DNA of 64,000 nt, taken from assembly GCA_965228855.1 (NCBI GenBank), contig CBDDIJ010000005.1, positions 1,344,001-1,408,000 of the forward strand. The letters run 5' to 3'. The DNA comes from Candidatus Obscuribacterales bacterium (GTDB lineage Bacteria > Cyanobacteriota > Vampirovibrionia > Obscuribacterales > Obscuribacteraceae). The notes beneath the pieces are model-generated. The model saw only the letters and a program-made list of their open reading frames with translations, was not told the DNA's origin and ran no database searches. Positions 40,571 through 49,675 of this stretch are shown here, piece after piece. Position 1 is the first letter of the stretch; the number at the start of each line of letters is the position of its first letter. A program made the position numbers and the translations under genes.

Positions 40571-40621
40571 ACGACTCCGGTATCACCCGTGGTTCCACGG
40601 AAGACTACCGGAGTCGTTTTT
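40571..40621 (+). terminator. Long hairpin between convergent rplI and xseB, probable intrinsic terminator
   Basis: ACGACTCCGGTA...TACCGGAGTCGT 12-bp stem enclosing CCGTGG-tt-CCACGG, followed by a T run. Confidence 0.75.
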
Positions 40622-40624
40622 CAT

Positions 40625-41029
40625 CTACGGCACTTGAACTACAGTTCCGCTGAAAAATGACAGCTGTTCAGATTCTTTAACCATCAGCTCTCCGCTTTCG
40701 CTGGTCGCGGCAGGCTGAGCTTTTTTAGTCTTAGCTTCCTTTACCGTTTCTTCTTTCTCAACACGAACAGCGGTGGCCGCGCTTGCGACCGTCACTGCTT
40801 CAATGGTCTCACCGCTCACCGGCATGGAGATCAGTTCTCCCTGATCGCCGCGCTTCAGCATCTCGATCTTTTGTTCTGCGCCTTTGAGAAAGTCTTCGCA
40901 TTGCTTCGACAGCTTCATACCTTGCTCGAACAGAGCGAGTGCTTGCTCGAGCTTCACCTCACCATCGAGCTCCGAAACTACAGTTTCCAGATCTCTCATG
41001 GCGATTTCAAAATCAATCGGTTTATCCAT
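40625..41029 (-). CDS. xseB: Exodeoxyribonuclease VII small subunit, with C-terminal extension
   Basis: FE.AM..LE.VV.EL....LE.AL.LFE.G..L...C...L..AEQKIE; directly downstream of xseA. Confidence 0.93.
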   Translation of the reverse strand: MDKPIDFEIAMRDLETVVSELDGEVKLEQALALFEQGMKLSKQCEDFLKGAEQKIEMLKRGDQGELISMPVSGETIEAVTVASAATAVRVEKEETVKEAKTKKAQPAATSESGELMVKESEQLSFFSGTVVQVP

Positions 41030-41041
41030 GGTTGATACCTC

Positions 41042-42271
41042 CTACCACCAATCTTCTCTGGTTTCTTTTACTTCGATGATCAATCGACCGGTTTCCAAAA
41101 GCGCTTCCAGTTTTTCGCCTGGCTTGACGCTGCTGAAATCACGCACGATCGACCCGTCTTCTCTGCGAATTACCGAGAACCCCCGGCCCAAAACCTTCTT
41201 CGGTCCAAGCGCTCCTAACTTTTCGGTTTGCTGTTTCAAACGATGACAATGACCAGCTAGTTTGTATTCGATTTTGTCACCCAGAGTTTTCCTCGACGCC
41301 AAAACTTTGGCGCTCAAGTGGCGAAGCCGTTCTTGATATCGGGCCAGGGACTTCTCCGGACTGGACTGCGACAATCGCCTTTGCGCTCGAATTACTCGTT
41401 CGTCGATTGCAGAAGTCAGATGACGCCTCAAATATGTCCATTTTTCATAGAGTTCGGCATAGCCGCGAGCCACAAGTTCTGCTGCAGCGGTCGGCGTAGG
41501 GGCGCGCAGGTCAGCGACCAGGTCGCATATCGTAATGTCAGTCTCGTGACCGACACCCGAAATAATTGGCACCGGGGATGATGCCACCGCTCTTGCGACG
41601 ATTTCAGTGTTAAACGACCACAAATCCTCGATAGAACCGCCCCCTCGAGCCACAATAATGCAGTCGAGATGATCAAGTTCGTACAACATATTGAGAGCAT
41701 CACGAACACTCTCGGCAGATCCGTCGCCCTGAACTTTAGCAGGAGCGATCAGGACGTTTACCGACTTATTGCGGCGCTTGATCGTATTGAGAATATCTTG
41801 AAGAGCCGCCCCGGCAGGGCTGGTTACGATACCAATGGTGCGCGGCAACATCGGTATCGGACGGCGCCTGGTCTCATCGATCAAGCCTTCCTTGATCAAT
41901 TTCTCCTTGAGTTGCTCGAATGCAAGCTGCCATTCGCCGACGCCTACAGGTTCGATCGAGCTGACGACCATCTGATATCCGCCCCGAGGTGGATACACAC
42001 TGAGCTTACCCTTTGCGACGACCATCATGCCGTCTTCCAATTTGAACTTTATGTGTTGGTTCGAATTCTTGAATGAGACGCAAGACAAAGTTGCATCTTT
42101 ATCCTTTAAAGAGAAATACCAGTGGCCCGACGGATAGACCTTAGCGTTACTCACCTCGCCGGCAACCAGGACGAAATCGAATGTCGATTCGAGAATGTCC
42201 TTTATCTGATCAGTGAGTTCCCCGACGGTCATAACGGGGCGCAGCGGGTTGTTCGGTTTGAGACTATACAT
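41042..42271 (-). CDS. xseA: Exodeoxyribonuclease VII large subunit
   Basis: GEVSN, SGHWYFSLKD, TSP.GAA.QD, ARGGGSIEDLWSFN, GVGHETD, APTPTAAAE. Confidence 0.97.
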   Translation of the reverse strand: MYSLKPNNPLRPVMTVGELTDQIKDILESTFDFVLVAGEVSNAKVYPSGHWYFSLKDKDATLSCVSFKNSNQHIKFKLEDGMMVVAKGKLSVYPPRGGYQMVVSSIEPVGVGEWQLAFEQLKEKLIKEGLIDETRRRPIPMLPRTIGIVTSPAGAALQDILNTIKRRNKSVNVLIAPAKVQGDGSAESVRDALNMLYELDHLDCIIVARGGGSIEDLWSFNTEIVARAVASSPVPIISGVGHETDITICDLVADLRAPTPTAAAELVARGYAELYEKWTYLRRHLTSAIDERVIRAQRRLSQSSPEKSLARYQERLRHLSAKVLASRKTLGDKIEYKLAGHCHRLKQQTEKLGALGPKKVLGRGFSVIRREDGSIVRDFSSVKPGEKLEALLETGRLIIEVKETREDWW

Positions 42272-42633
42272 ACTGAACCTCAGACAAAAAGAGGTGGCCG
42301 GACAGAATAGCTTCTGTCTTCGAAATGGCTGTGTAGAGAAGATAATTCAAATCGATCGATTTATGCTGATTATCGAGAGGAATTAATCTCGGAAACCCGC
42401 ATGAACACTTAGACATATCCGATCGCGCCACGATATTGACGATCGGGACCAAAAACCGATCTCACCACATATAGAAGTACATACACAGCAGCCTTTCCCT
42501 GCGATTTATCGGATGTGGCATGTAATTTGTGTCGAATGAAATTCATTTGACTGATTTTAGGAAAGTGCCATATATTAGTATGACATACAAACGTCTGGTA
42601 GCACAATTAAATTCGAACTGGGGGGTCTGACTG

Positions 42634-43428
42634 ATGGACCGCACACTGTTTTCACCTTCAATGATTGACACTTTTAGAGCCTGCAAACGAGCATTTGAGC
42701 TCGCGGTGTCCTCGTACACGTCTCAACCATCCAAGAGAAATGTACCTTCTTTATGCAGACAATTCGTGAGAAAGGGAATTGCCGAAATCAACCGCGGCAA
42801 GATAATGACGCCAGGCGATGTCCAAACTTTCATGGGTCGTCACTGGCCACTAGAGCAAGTGGAAGCGTGTAATGCTGATCCAGACTCCGTCGCGAAAGCG
42901 TTTCTGTTCTGCTATAAAATCCTGATGAGTTACGCTCGCGCACCGTATCGACCAGCCGGAGCAGAGGTCGTAGCCGTCGCGCTCAAGGCTCGCTCTCGCG
43001 TAGCGCATGTCCGCGTATATCTAGAAGACACATTCGATTTAATTCTGTGGTATCCGAAAACAAGGCATCTGGAAATTGTCGAATACCAGCTGCGCTCTCA
43101 GAGACAATTTTCTTCATCCTGGCCGACTGTTTCAGCTCAAGTAAAACGCTTTCTGTGCGAGCGTCTTCGCGTGCGCTGGCCCTTCGAATCGGTGTCGATT
43201 ACGACCCTGAAAATGCAACCGAATGGTATGAGCGCAACCAGTACTTCGATCGACGATTCGATATTCAAAGCACATTTCGAGGAGGTCGTAAGAGATCTTG
43301 AAAGCATGAAATCTCCTACTGACCGGGGACAACATTCCAACGACGAGCACTGCAAGTATTGCCAGTCTCTCAATACTCGAGCCGTTCAAGAAACTGACGA
43401 CAAGGACGTTTTGTCACTCAGCGCTTAG
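42634..43428 (+). CDS. PD-(D/E)xK nuclease-like protein (RecB/AddB/Cas4-type fold), degenerate
   Basis: FSPSMIDTFRAC N-terminus, LEDTFDLI...LEIVEYQ in place of IDRID...IIDYK, C-terminal HCKYC. Confidence 0.7.
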   Translation: MDRTLFSPSMIDTFRACKRAFELAVSSYTSQPSKRNVPSLCRQFVRKGIAEINRGKIMTPGDVQTFMGRHWPLEQVEACNADPDSVAKAFLFCYKILMSYARAPYRPAGAEVVAVALKARSRVAHVRVYLEDTFDLILWYPKTRHLEIVEYQLRSQRQFSSSWPTVSAQVKRFLCERLRVRWPFESVSITTLKMQPNGMSATSTSIDDSIFKAHFEEVVRDLESMKSPTDRGQHSNDEHCKYCQSLNTRAVQETDDKDVLSLSA

Positions 43429-43520
43429 GTTTACATCAACCTGACAACGCAGCGACAGCTTTAGGTCCGCAATCGCGGTGATATCAAATATGGTGAATTC
43501 CATAGCACCGACACTGGTGG

Positions 43521-43880
43521 CTATGGCTGCACCCAAGCCATACCTTGAGACCAGCCGAATCCTACCAGGAAAAGAAATAGCGCTACGGCTATTCCCACCT
43601 GCCACTGCTGCAAACGGCCTATGTGCTTGAGAAATCCTATGTAAGGAGAAGCGGGCACTGGAAAGAACATTTCTTCCCAGGTCCATTGCAGAAGATGGTG
43701 CGCACCCAGGAAGGCGAAGAATGATATACCGACGCCAACTAAACACTCCAGCCACTTCGCGGGAAGCGCGTCCGGAGTTTCAAGCATCAGACTTGTAAAC
43801 AGACTGGAGCAATTCGCAAGCAATAAGAAAAAGCCGGTAACAAGCAGTATGGAGCCAAGGAACTTTTTCAAGAAATTCAT
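43521..43880 (-). CDS. Small hypothetical membrane protein (about 3 TM)
   Basis: From ATG 43880 (MNFLKKFLGS...), three hydrophobic helices; the longer upstream extension overlaps the hutI start and is doubtful. Confidence 0.6.
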   Translation of the reverse strand: MNFLKKFLGSILLVTGFFLLLANCSSLFTSLMLETPDALPAKWLECLVGVGISFFAFLGAHHLLQWTWEEMFFPVPASPYIGFLKHIGRLQQWQVGIAVALFLFLVGFGWSQGMAWVQP

Positions 43881-44152
43881 GCGTTTACTCACAGTTAATT
43901 CCGGATGATGCCAGTCAACAACACAACGAAAAGTGCGTCTATCCGGCACGCCGATTTTTCTAGCATTCGCGGCACTCTGGTCTAGCTTAACCGCAAACTT
44001 CGTGCCAACAGGGACCACGTATTTGGTAGCGCACTCCCATGTCGCGATGGATCGGCAAGTTTCATATACCACTAAACCCCAATAGATCTGCACATTAGAC
44101 GCGACGCAAACCAATTCGATATAATCGGCACCTCCAGCAAAGGAACAGTGGC

Positions 44153-45445
44153 ATGGTCGAAGCGGCAAGTGAAACCAAAGTGAAGGTCGATCTCTTAATC
44201 AGCCCAATCGGCGAATTGGCGACGCCGTATGTCGAATCCGGTCCGGCGCGCGGTGCCGACATGCAAAACATACGACAGGTCCAGGATGCTGCTATTGCCG
44301 TTAAGGACGGCAGAATAGTTCACTGTGGCAAACGTGAAGCTGTTCTTTCCAAAATTCAGGCTGACGAAGCAACAGTAATCGATGCCAGTGGAAAGCTAGT
44401 CACACCCGGACTGGTTGACCCCCATACCCATCTCGTTTTTGGTGGCAATCGCCACCAGGAATTCGCGATGCGTTGCCAGGGCAAAACTTACAAGGAAATT
44501 GCAGATCAGGGCGGCGGAATCGTCGCCAGCATGCGCGGTACAAGGGGCGCGTCAGTTTCCGATTTGATTGAGCTCGGGCGCGAGCGCCTTAAACGTTTAA
44601 TTGAGCACGGCACCACAAGCTGCGAAGTAAAAACCGGTTATGGACTTGATAAAACCAGTGAGTTAAATATGCTCGAGGCTATCTTCGAGCTCGACAAAAT
44701 GCAACCAGTAGAATTGACTCCAACATTCATGCCAGCACATGCGGTACCACCAGGCACTCAACGCGAGGCATATGTCCGCGAGGTAATCGAGGATATGCTG
44801 CCGGCCGCGGCTAAACTCGCCGAGAAAAAAGGCTTTCCAGTAAATAAGATCTACGTGGATGTTTTCTGCGACGACGGTTACTTTACGCTTGAGGATACCC
44901 GCCAAATTTTTGAGAAGGCAAAGGCGCTTGGCATGAAATTGAAAGTTCACGCAGACGAATTTGCCAGTTTAGGAGCAACCGCTCTGGCTTGCGAATCCGG
45001 AGCCGACAGCGCCGATCACCTTCTCGCGATAACGCCTGCTGATATTGACCGTTTGAGCAAGTCTGACTGCGCAGCGGTGCTCTTACCTGGCACCTCGTTC
45101 TTCTTGAACCTGAAAGACCATGCCCCGGCGCGCACTATGGTAGAAAGTGGTGTCATAGTGGCAATCGGTTCGGATTTCAATCCGGGGTCCTGCCACATAT
45201 TCTCTCTACCATTCATCATGGGTCTGGCAAGCCTGAAACTCAAATTGACCGCACAGGAGGCGCTCACGGCTGCCACCATGAACGCGGCGTATGCCATCGG
45301 GCGTGGTGCATCTATCGGTCAGTTACGCACTAATTATCAGGCGGATATAGTCGTATGGAATGTCTCAACGGTTGCAGAAATTCCATACAACATGGGCTGG
45401 AATTCAGTCGCACAGGTCGTTAAGAAAGGCGCACCAATTCTGTAG
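44153..45445 (+). CDS. hutI: Imidazolonepropionase
   Basis: PGLVDPHTHLVFGG.R..EF, GGGI, E.KTGYGL, DVFCD, HADE, SADHL, SDFNPGS. Confidence 0.95.
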   Translation: MVEAASETKVKVDLLISPIGELATPYVESGPARGADMQNIRQVQDAAIAVKDGRIVHCGKREAVLSKIQADEATVIDASGKLVTPGLVDPHTHLVFGGNRHQEFAMRCQGKTYKEIADQGGGIVASMRGTRGASVSDLIELGRERLKRLIEHGTTSCEVKTGYGLDKTSELNMLEAIFELDKMQPVELTPTFMPAHAVPPGTQREAYVREVIEDMLPAAAKLAEKKGFPVNKIYVDVFCDDGYFTLEDTRQIFEKAKALGMKLKVHADEFASLGATALACESGADSADHLLAITPADIDRLSKSDCAAVLLPGTSFFLNLKDHAPARTMVESGVIVAIGSDFNPGSCHIFSLPFIMGLASLKLKLTAQEALTAATMNAAYAIGRGASIGQLRTNYQADIVVWNVSTVAEIPYNMGWNSVAQVVKKGAPIL

Positions 45446-45627
45446 ATCAGAGAGATCACATCTGATAGAAATTTTCTTTTTCTTTACCCTTGTTTTATTA
45501 TCGGCTTTAGTTATAATTCTATGGATGCCACCACTAATGGGGGCCATGGCTAGGGACATATAGTGAGACCGCGCACTACTTTCGGTGCACAACACTAGAT
45601 GTTCTGATAACTTTAGGAGCTTGTTGC

Positions 45628-46041
45628 ATGGCTGAAGCAAAGCGCGTATCGGAAGAAAATCAAGACAAAAATCTTGAGATGGAAGGGTTTGAAACATTCT
45701 TCGAAAGCGAAGAACTGAATCCGATCGAGGGTGCCACCACCCGCGGTGATGAAGTGATGCAGCATCAAATGGAAAAATTAGTCGGGAAGTTGTCCGAGCT
45801 GATCACACTGAGCGTCGATCAGAGACTCGAAACCAGCAAGATTTCCAATCAGCTGATCGACAACCAGCGGCAGCTTATCGCTACCCAACAAATTTTGATT
45901 AAGCTGATGGAACGCTCGATTGAACTGACCCGCCACGTTACGTCCATCGAAGAAAGATTACCAGGCGTTTTCGAATTGCCCCGCGTCGTTGAGAGCCTCC
46001 GCCAGCGAGTGGCTCAGCTCGAAGGCATCGAAACCCGCTAG
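45628..46041 (+). CDS. Hypothetical coiled-coil protein
   Basis: AGGAG RBS; heptad-rich E/Q/L sequence. Confidence 0.7.
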   Translation: MAEAKRVSEENQDKNLEMEGFETFFESEELNPIEGATTRGDEVMQHQMEKLVGKLSELITLSVDQRLETSKISNQLIDNQRQLIATQQILIKLMERSIELTRHVTSIEERLPGVFELPRVVESLRQRVAQLEGIETR

Positions 46042-46370
46042 TTCGATAATCAGACCAGAGAAGCTTCCTGAGGAGCTTCGTTCCGCAATTGCGCCCCCTT
46101 CAGAAGGAGTCGGGGCGTGCCGCCACCACTAGCGTGGGCGATTTGCAGTCATCTGTTTCACCATTCTTTTATCGACTGAAGCACTTACCGAGATTTCATG
46201 TCGTTCGCCGAGTACCTCCGACCGGCGCAGTTGTTTGGCGACGACGGAATGAGAAAAATATATATAACAACTATGATGTAGATCGTAGTTTCACCATTTA
46301 CACCGGCGCATCAACAAATATATATTTCCCTCAATGGCTCGTATGATCGAGCAGCTCAGAAGGAGCGCAG

Positions 46371-47183
46371 GTGAGCGAATTCTCGTACATGGACGGCATC
46401 ATTGACGGTCAAACGCCGGACAGCATGGGTCGCAGTCCAATTCAACAGGCTTATCAGGTCAACGTTCAGAAGAACAAAAAGGTTTCGACTAACAAAGTCA
46501 ACTTTCTCGATATCTTCGCCGGCTTCAAGCCGACCATCAACGGCATCGTCGCTATGTTCTTCATCGGCTACGCGCTCTGGCTTGTCGTCATCTATATGAT
46601 TCGCCACAACGAGCCCTTAGCCAACCAGGTTTTAGGAACGCCTACAGCCGGAGCACCGACAGCGCACGCAGACCGAATCATTGTGGGGGGAGCCAAGTAT
46701 GCGCTTCCGATCAATGCGACAGGCAACCAGGGTTTTTACACGCCGGACAAAAAGCATCACGACATCGCTCCATCGCTCAGTCCACCTCAAGCATCGCTTC
46801 CGACTATGGGTGATCCGTCCAGCTTCAGCAGCCAATCACAACAGGCATTGACTTCAAATAACGGCGCACACGGTCTTCCTTCCAGCGATGGCATGGCAGC
46901 AGCTGCGTACGGACATTCTCGCGTCGTCCATGAAGGCAGAGAGCGTTACATCATTCATCATCCAGAGCCGCTGCCTGGCGAGACACCTCAGCACGAACAA
47001 TACCTGGCCGCACCACATGCGGTGACGCCTCAATCTAACTTCGGAGCACCTGCTCAAGCCGGCGGATTCGCCCACCATCAATTGGGCGCAAACGCCTACG
47101 CACCGTCTCAAACCACGTCGGGATACAACATGCCGGTGCAAACTCAGGACGGCTTAAAACTGCGAACCGTAGTTAATCGCTAG
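46371..47183 (+). CDS. Hypothetical single-TM protein with His/Pro/Ser-rich disordered C-terminus
   Basis: AAGGAG RBS before GTG; TM GIVAMFFIGYALWLVVIYMI. Confidence 0.7.
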   Translation: MSEFSYMDGIIDGQTPDSMGRSPIQQAYQVNVQKNKKVSTNKVNFLDIFAGFKPTINGIVAMFFIGYALWLVVIYMIRHNEPLANQVLGTPTAGAPTAHADRIIVGGAKYALPINATGNQGFYTPDKKHHDIAPSLSPPQASLPTMGDPSSFSSQSQQALTSNNGAHGLPSSDGMAAAAYGHSRVVHEGRERYIIHHPEPLPGETPQHEQYLAAPHAVTPQSNFGAPAQAGGFAHHQLGANAYAPSQTTSGYNMPVQTQDGLKLRTVVNR

Positions 47184-47260
47184 TTAGTCAACAGTGCAAC
47201 GGACCAAGCCGGCGCAGAACCGCATGCGGCTTGAAATAAGCACTTCCGGTCAATGCACGC

Positions 47261-48211
47261 CTAGAGACCGAACCTATTCCTTTTTAGATCTTCGATTTTG
47301 TCCAATTCGTTCATTGTAAGTTTCGGAGCATCCGGAGCTCTGAAGTCTTCTTCGGCGTGTTCAGGCGTTTTTATCCCCGGAATTACTGCTGAGACGGCAG
47401 AACTTCTCAAGACCCACTGCAATGCAGCTTGAGCGAGTGAGCGTGAACCGTTTAGTTCAAGAAAACCTAGACGCTGCGCCGCTTGCACGCGGGCATTAAT
47501 AAAGTCTCGAGGCCACCCCTTTCGAATATCACCGGCTTCAAAGCTGGCGTCCAGGCGATACTTGCCTGTGAGAAATCCATTGGAGAGGGGCTCGCGCGCG
47601 ATGATAGCGCAGCCGACCTGGGTTGCTAAAGGAAAAAGATCGGTTTCCATTCCGGCGGCAAAGATGTTGTATGGAACCTGCAGACTGTCCGGCTTGGCGA
47701 CCATAAGCGCTATCTGCGCGTCGCGAGAATTTCGCACTGATAAGCCCCACGCGCGGATTTTCCCCTCGTTTTTCAGCTTTAACAGAACGCTGTAAGTGCG
47801 CTCGTTCTCAATAACTTCCGTGGGAGGGTTGTGAAGTTGATAGACGTCTATGTAGTCTGTCTTTAGCCTTTCGAACGTTTTCTCGAGCGCAAACCTTATG
47901 TAGTCTTCATCAAATGTTTGAAACCCATAACCCTGGTAGAAGTCGGACCCCACCTTCGTGGCGATTACGACTTGATCCCGCTTGTTTTTGAACGCCTTCC
48001 CGATGAGCTCTTCGCTATGACCCCATCCATATGCATCGGCTGTGTCGTAAAAATTACAACCTAGATCGAGAGACTTTTCCAAGGCTTCGATCGAAACCTT
48101 GTCATCAGTGACGCCATAGCTGTTGCCATGCCTGTTTCCGCCGATTGCCCAGGCACCGAATCCCACTTCCGATACCTTGATTCCTGTTCTGCCAAGATCC
48201 CTGTAATTCAT
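47261..48211 (-). CDS. Aldo/keto reductase
   Basis: LG.TG.KVSEVGFG.W, DTADAYG.G.SE, IATK, LKTDYIDVYQLH, GKIR.WG.S, IPG. Confidence 0.95.
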   Translation of the reverse strand: MNYRDLGRTGIKVSEVGFGAWAIGGNRHGNSYGVTDDKVSIEALEKSLDLGCNFYDTADAYGWGHSEELIGKAFKNKRDQVVIATKVGSDFYQGYGFQTFDEDYIRFALEKTFERLKTDYIDVYQLHNPPTEVIENERTYSVLLKLKNEGKIRAWGLSVRNSRDAQIALMVAKPDSLQVPYNIFAAGMETDLFPLATQVGCAIIAREPLSNGFLTGKYRLDASFEAGDIRKGWPRDFINARVQAAQRLGFLELNGSRSLAQAALQWVLRSSAVSAVIPGIKTPEHAEEDFRAPDAPKLTMNELDKIEDLKRNRFGL

Positions 48212-48352
48212 TCAGTAGCTCTAGTCTTTGCTCCACTTTGTACCCGTTGTTGCGACTCCTTCATTATTCATGAAGGGCGGACCATTTAGCGCTTCTAGTG
48301 TATTACAATAACCAATCGGCTACTTGGATATCCCGGGGAACAAGTCAAAGAG

Positions 48353-49351
48353 ATGGATGTTTACGACATAACGATCATCGGCGGCGGCCCGACTGGTCTT
48401 TTCGGCAGTTTTTATGCGGGTCTACGCGGACTCAAGACGAAGGTAATCGACGTATTACCGGAACTCGGCGGTCAGCTAACCGCCTTGTATCCAGAGAAAT
48501 ACGTCTACGACGTTGCTGGACACCCCAAGATTTTGGCAAAAGATCTTGCGAAGAACCTCGCCACACAGGCGGCTATCTTCAAACCGGCTCTCTGCTTAGG
48601 AGAGAAGGTCAGCAATATTGCCCAGGTCGAGGAAGGTGGCGAAACCCTCTGGAAGGTACAGAGCGATCGCGACGAACACCTCAGCAAAACAGTTTTGCTG
48701 GCGCTGGGTGCAGGCGCATGCGTTCCCAAGCGGCTTGACATGGAAGTTCCAAGCGATTGGGAAGACAAATTTATTTTCTATGCGGTCAAGAGCAAAGAGC
48801 GCTTCCGCGACAAAGACGTGCTGATCATTGGCGGCGGCGACTCCGCTGTCGACTGGGCTAACGAATTTTCAGTACTTGCAAACAAGGTCACCTTGATTCA
48901 CAGACGCGACCAGTTCCGCGCAGTGCAGAGCTCGGTTGAAGAGATGAAGCGCAACAAAGTCAACATCAAGACCTTCTACGAACTGAAAGACATCAAGGTC
49001 GAGAACGGCGATGTCAAAGAAGCGATTATCTTCGACAACCGCACGGGTAAAGAAGAAACCTTAAAGGTCGACGCGATTCTTATCAACATCGGTTTCGTCA
49101 TCAACCTCGACTTCCTCCGCGAATGGGGCTTGTCGATGGATAAAAACGCGATCGTCGTAAACGAAAAGATGGAAACAAATCTGCCAGGAGTGTACTCTGC
49201 CGGCGATATTGCATCGCACATGGCAAAGTTGAAACTGATCGCAACCGGAGCCGCAGAAGCGGCAACAGCGGTCAACTTCGCAGTTACGTTCATCAATCCG
49301 CAAGCTAAGCTCTACCCTGGACACTCGTCCAATTTGAATTTGAGCATCTAA
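48353..49351 (+). CDS. Ferredoxin-NADP+ reductase, thioredoxin-reductase-like (YumC type)
   Basis: GGGPTG, LGGQL.ALYPEK.VYDV.G, GGGDSAVDWA, HRR..FRA, KLI..G..EA, PGHSS; no CxxC. Confidence 0.92.
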   Translation: MDVYDITIIGGGPTGLFGSFYAGLRGLKTKVIDVLPELGGQLTALYPEKYVYDVAGHPKILAKDLAKNLATQAAIFKPALCLGEKVSNIAQVEEGGETLWKVQSDRDEHLSKTVLLALGAGACVPKRLDMEVPSDWEDKFIFYAVKSKERFRDKDVLIIGGGDSAVDWANEFSVLANKVTLIHRRDQFRAVQSSVEEMKRNKVNIKTFYELKDIKVENGDVKEAIIFDNRTGKEETLKVDAILINIGFVINLDFLREWGLSMDKNAIVVNEKMETNLPGVYSAGDIASHMAKLKLIATGAAEAATAVNFAVTFINPQAKLYPGHSSNLNLSI

Positions 49352-49380
49352 ATTTAGCTGCAAAAAAAAACAAAACTATG

Positions 49381-49410
49381 AACGCAGGTCTCAAAACGGC
49401 CTGCGTTTTT
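49381..49410 (+). terminator. Intrinsic terminator after FNR
   Basis: AACGCAGGTC-tcaaaac-GGCCTGCGTT stem followed by TTT. Confidence 0.8.
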
Positions 49411-49549
49411 GCTTTGAACAATTTATGAGCGAATGTAAATGAAAGCACTTGCCAATTGGAGCTTCTTCTTGAATGTAATTGTCTCTTGGTGGAGAATCTG
49501 TCAACTCACTTCTTGAAAAGCCGGGTTAACAGATCAGCAGAGAGGCAAA

Positions 49550-49596
49550 ACGCTACATATTGTGCAACTGGAGCGTCAAACCGCTACATCTAGTGC
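49550..49596. promoter_or_regulatory. Tandem NrdR boxes
   Basis: ACGCTACATATTGTGC (49550-49565) and CCGCTACATCTAGTGC (49581-49596), starts 31 bp apart, resembling the acaCwAtATaTwGtg consensus, upstream of an RNR gene. Confidence 0.88.
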
Positions 49597-49609
49597 CATA
49601 CAAATGTAG

Positions 49610-49615
49610 TATAAT
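49610..49615 (+). promoter_or_regulatory. Sigma70-type -10 element for nrdJ
   Basis: Perfect TATAAT just downstream of NrdR box 2. Confidence 0.6.
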
Positions 49616-49675
49616 GTTTTTGTTGACCGGTCTGTAAGTTGTAGAATTCGGTCGTGAAGGAGGGTAGGTAGTTTC

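Noticed and set aside
42634..43428. Calling the PD-(D/E)xK gene cas4
   Set aside because: No cas1/cas2 or array in the window and the catalytic motif is degenerate
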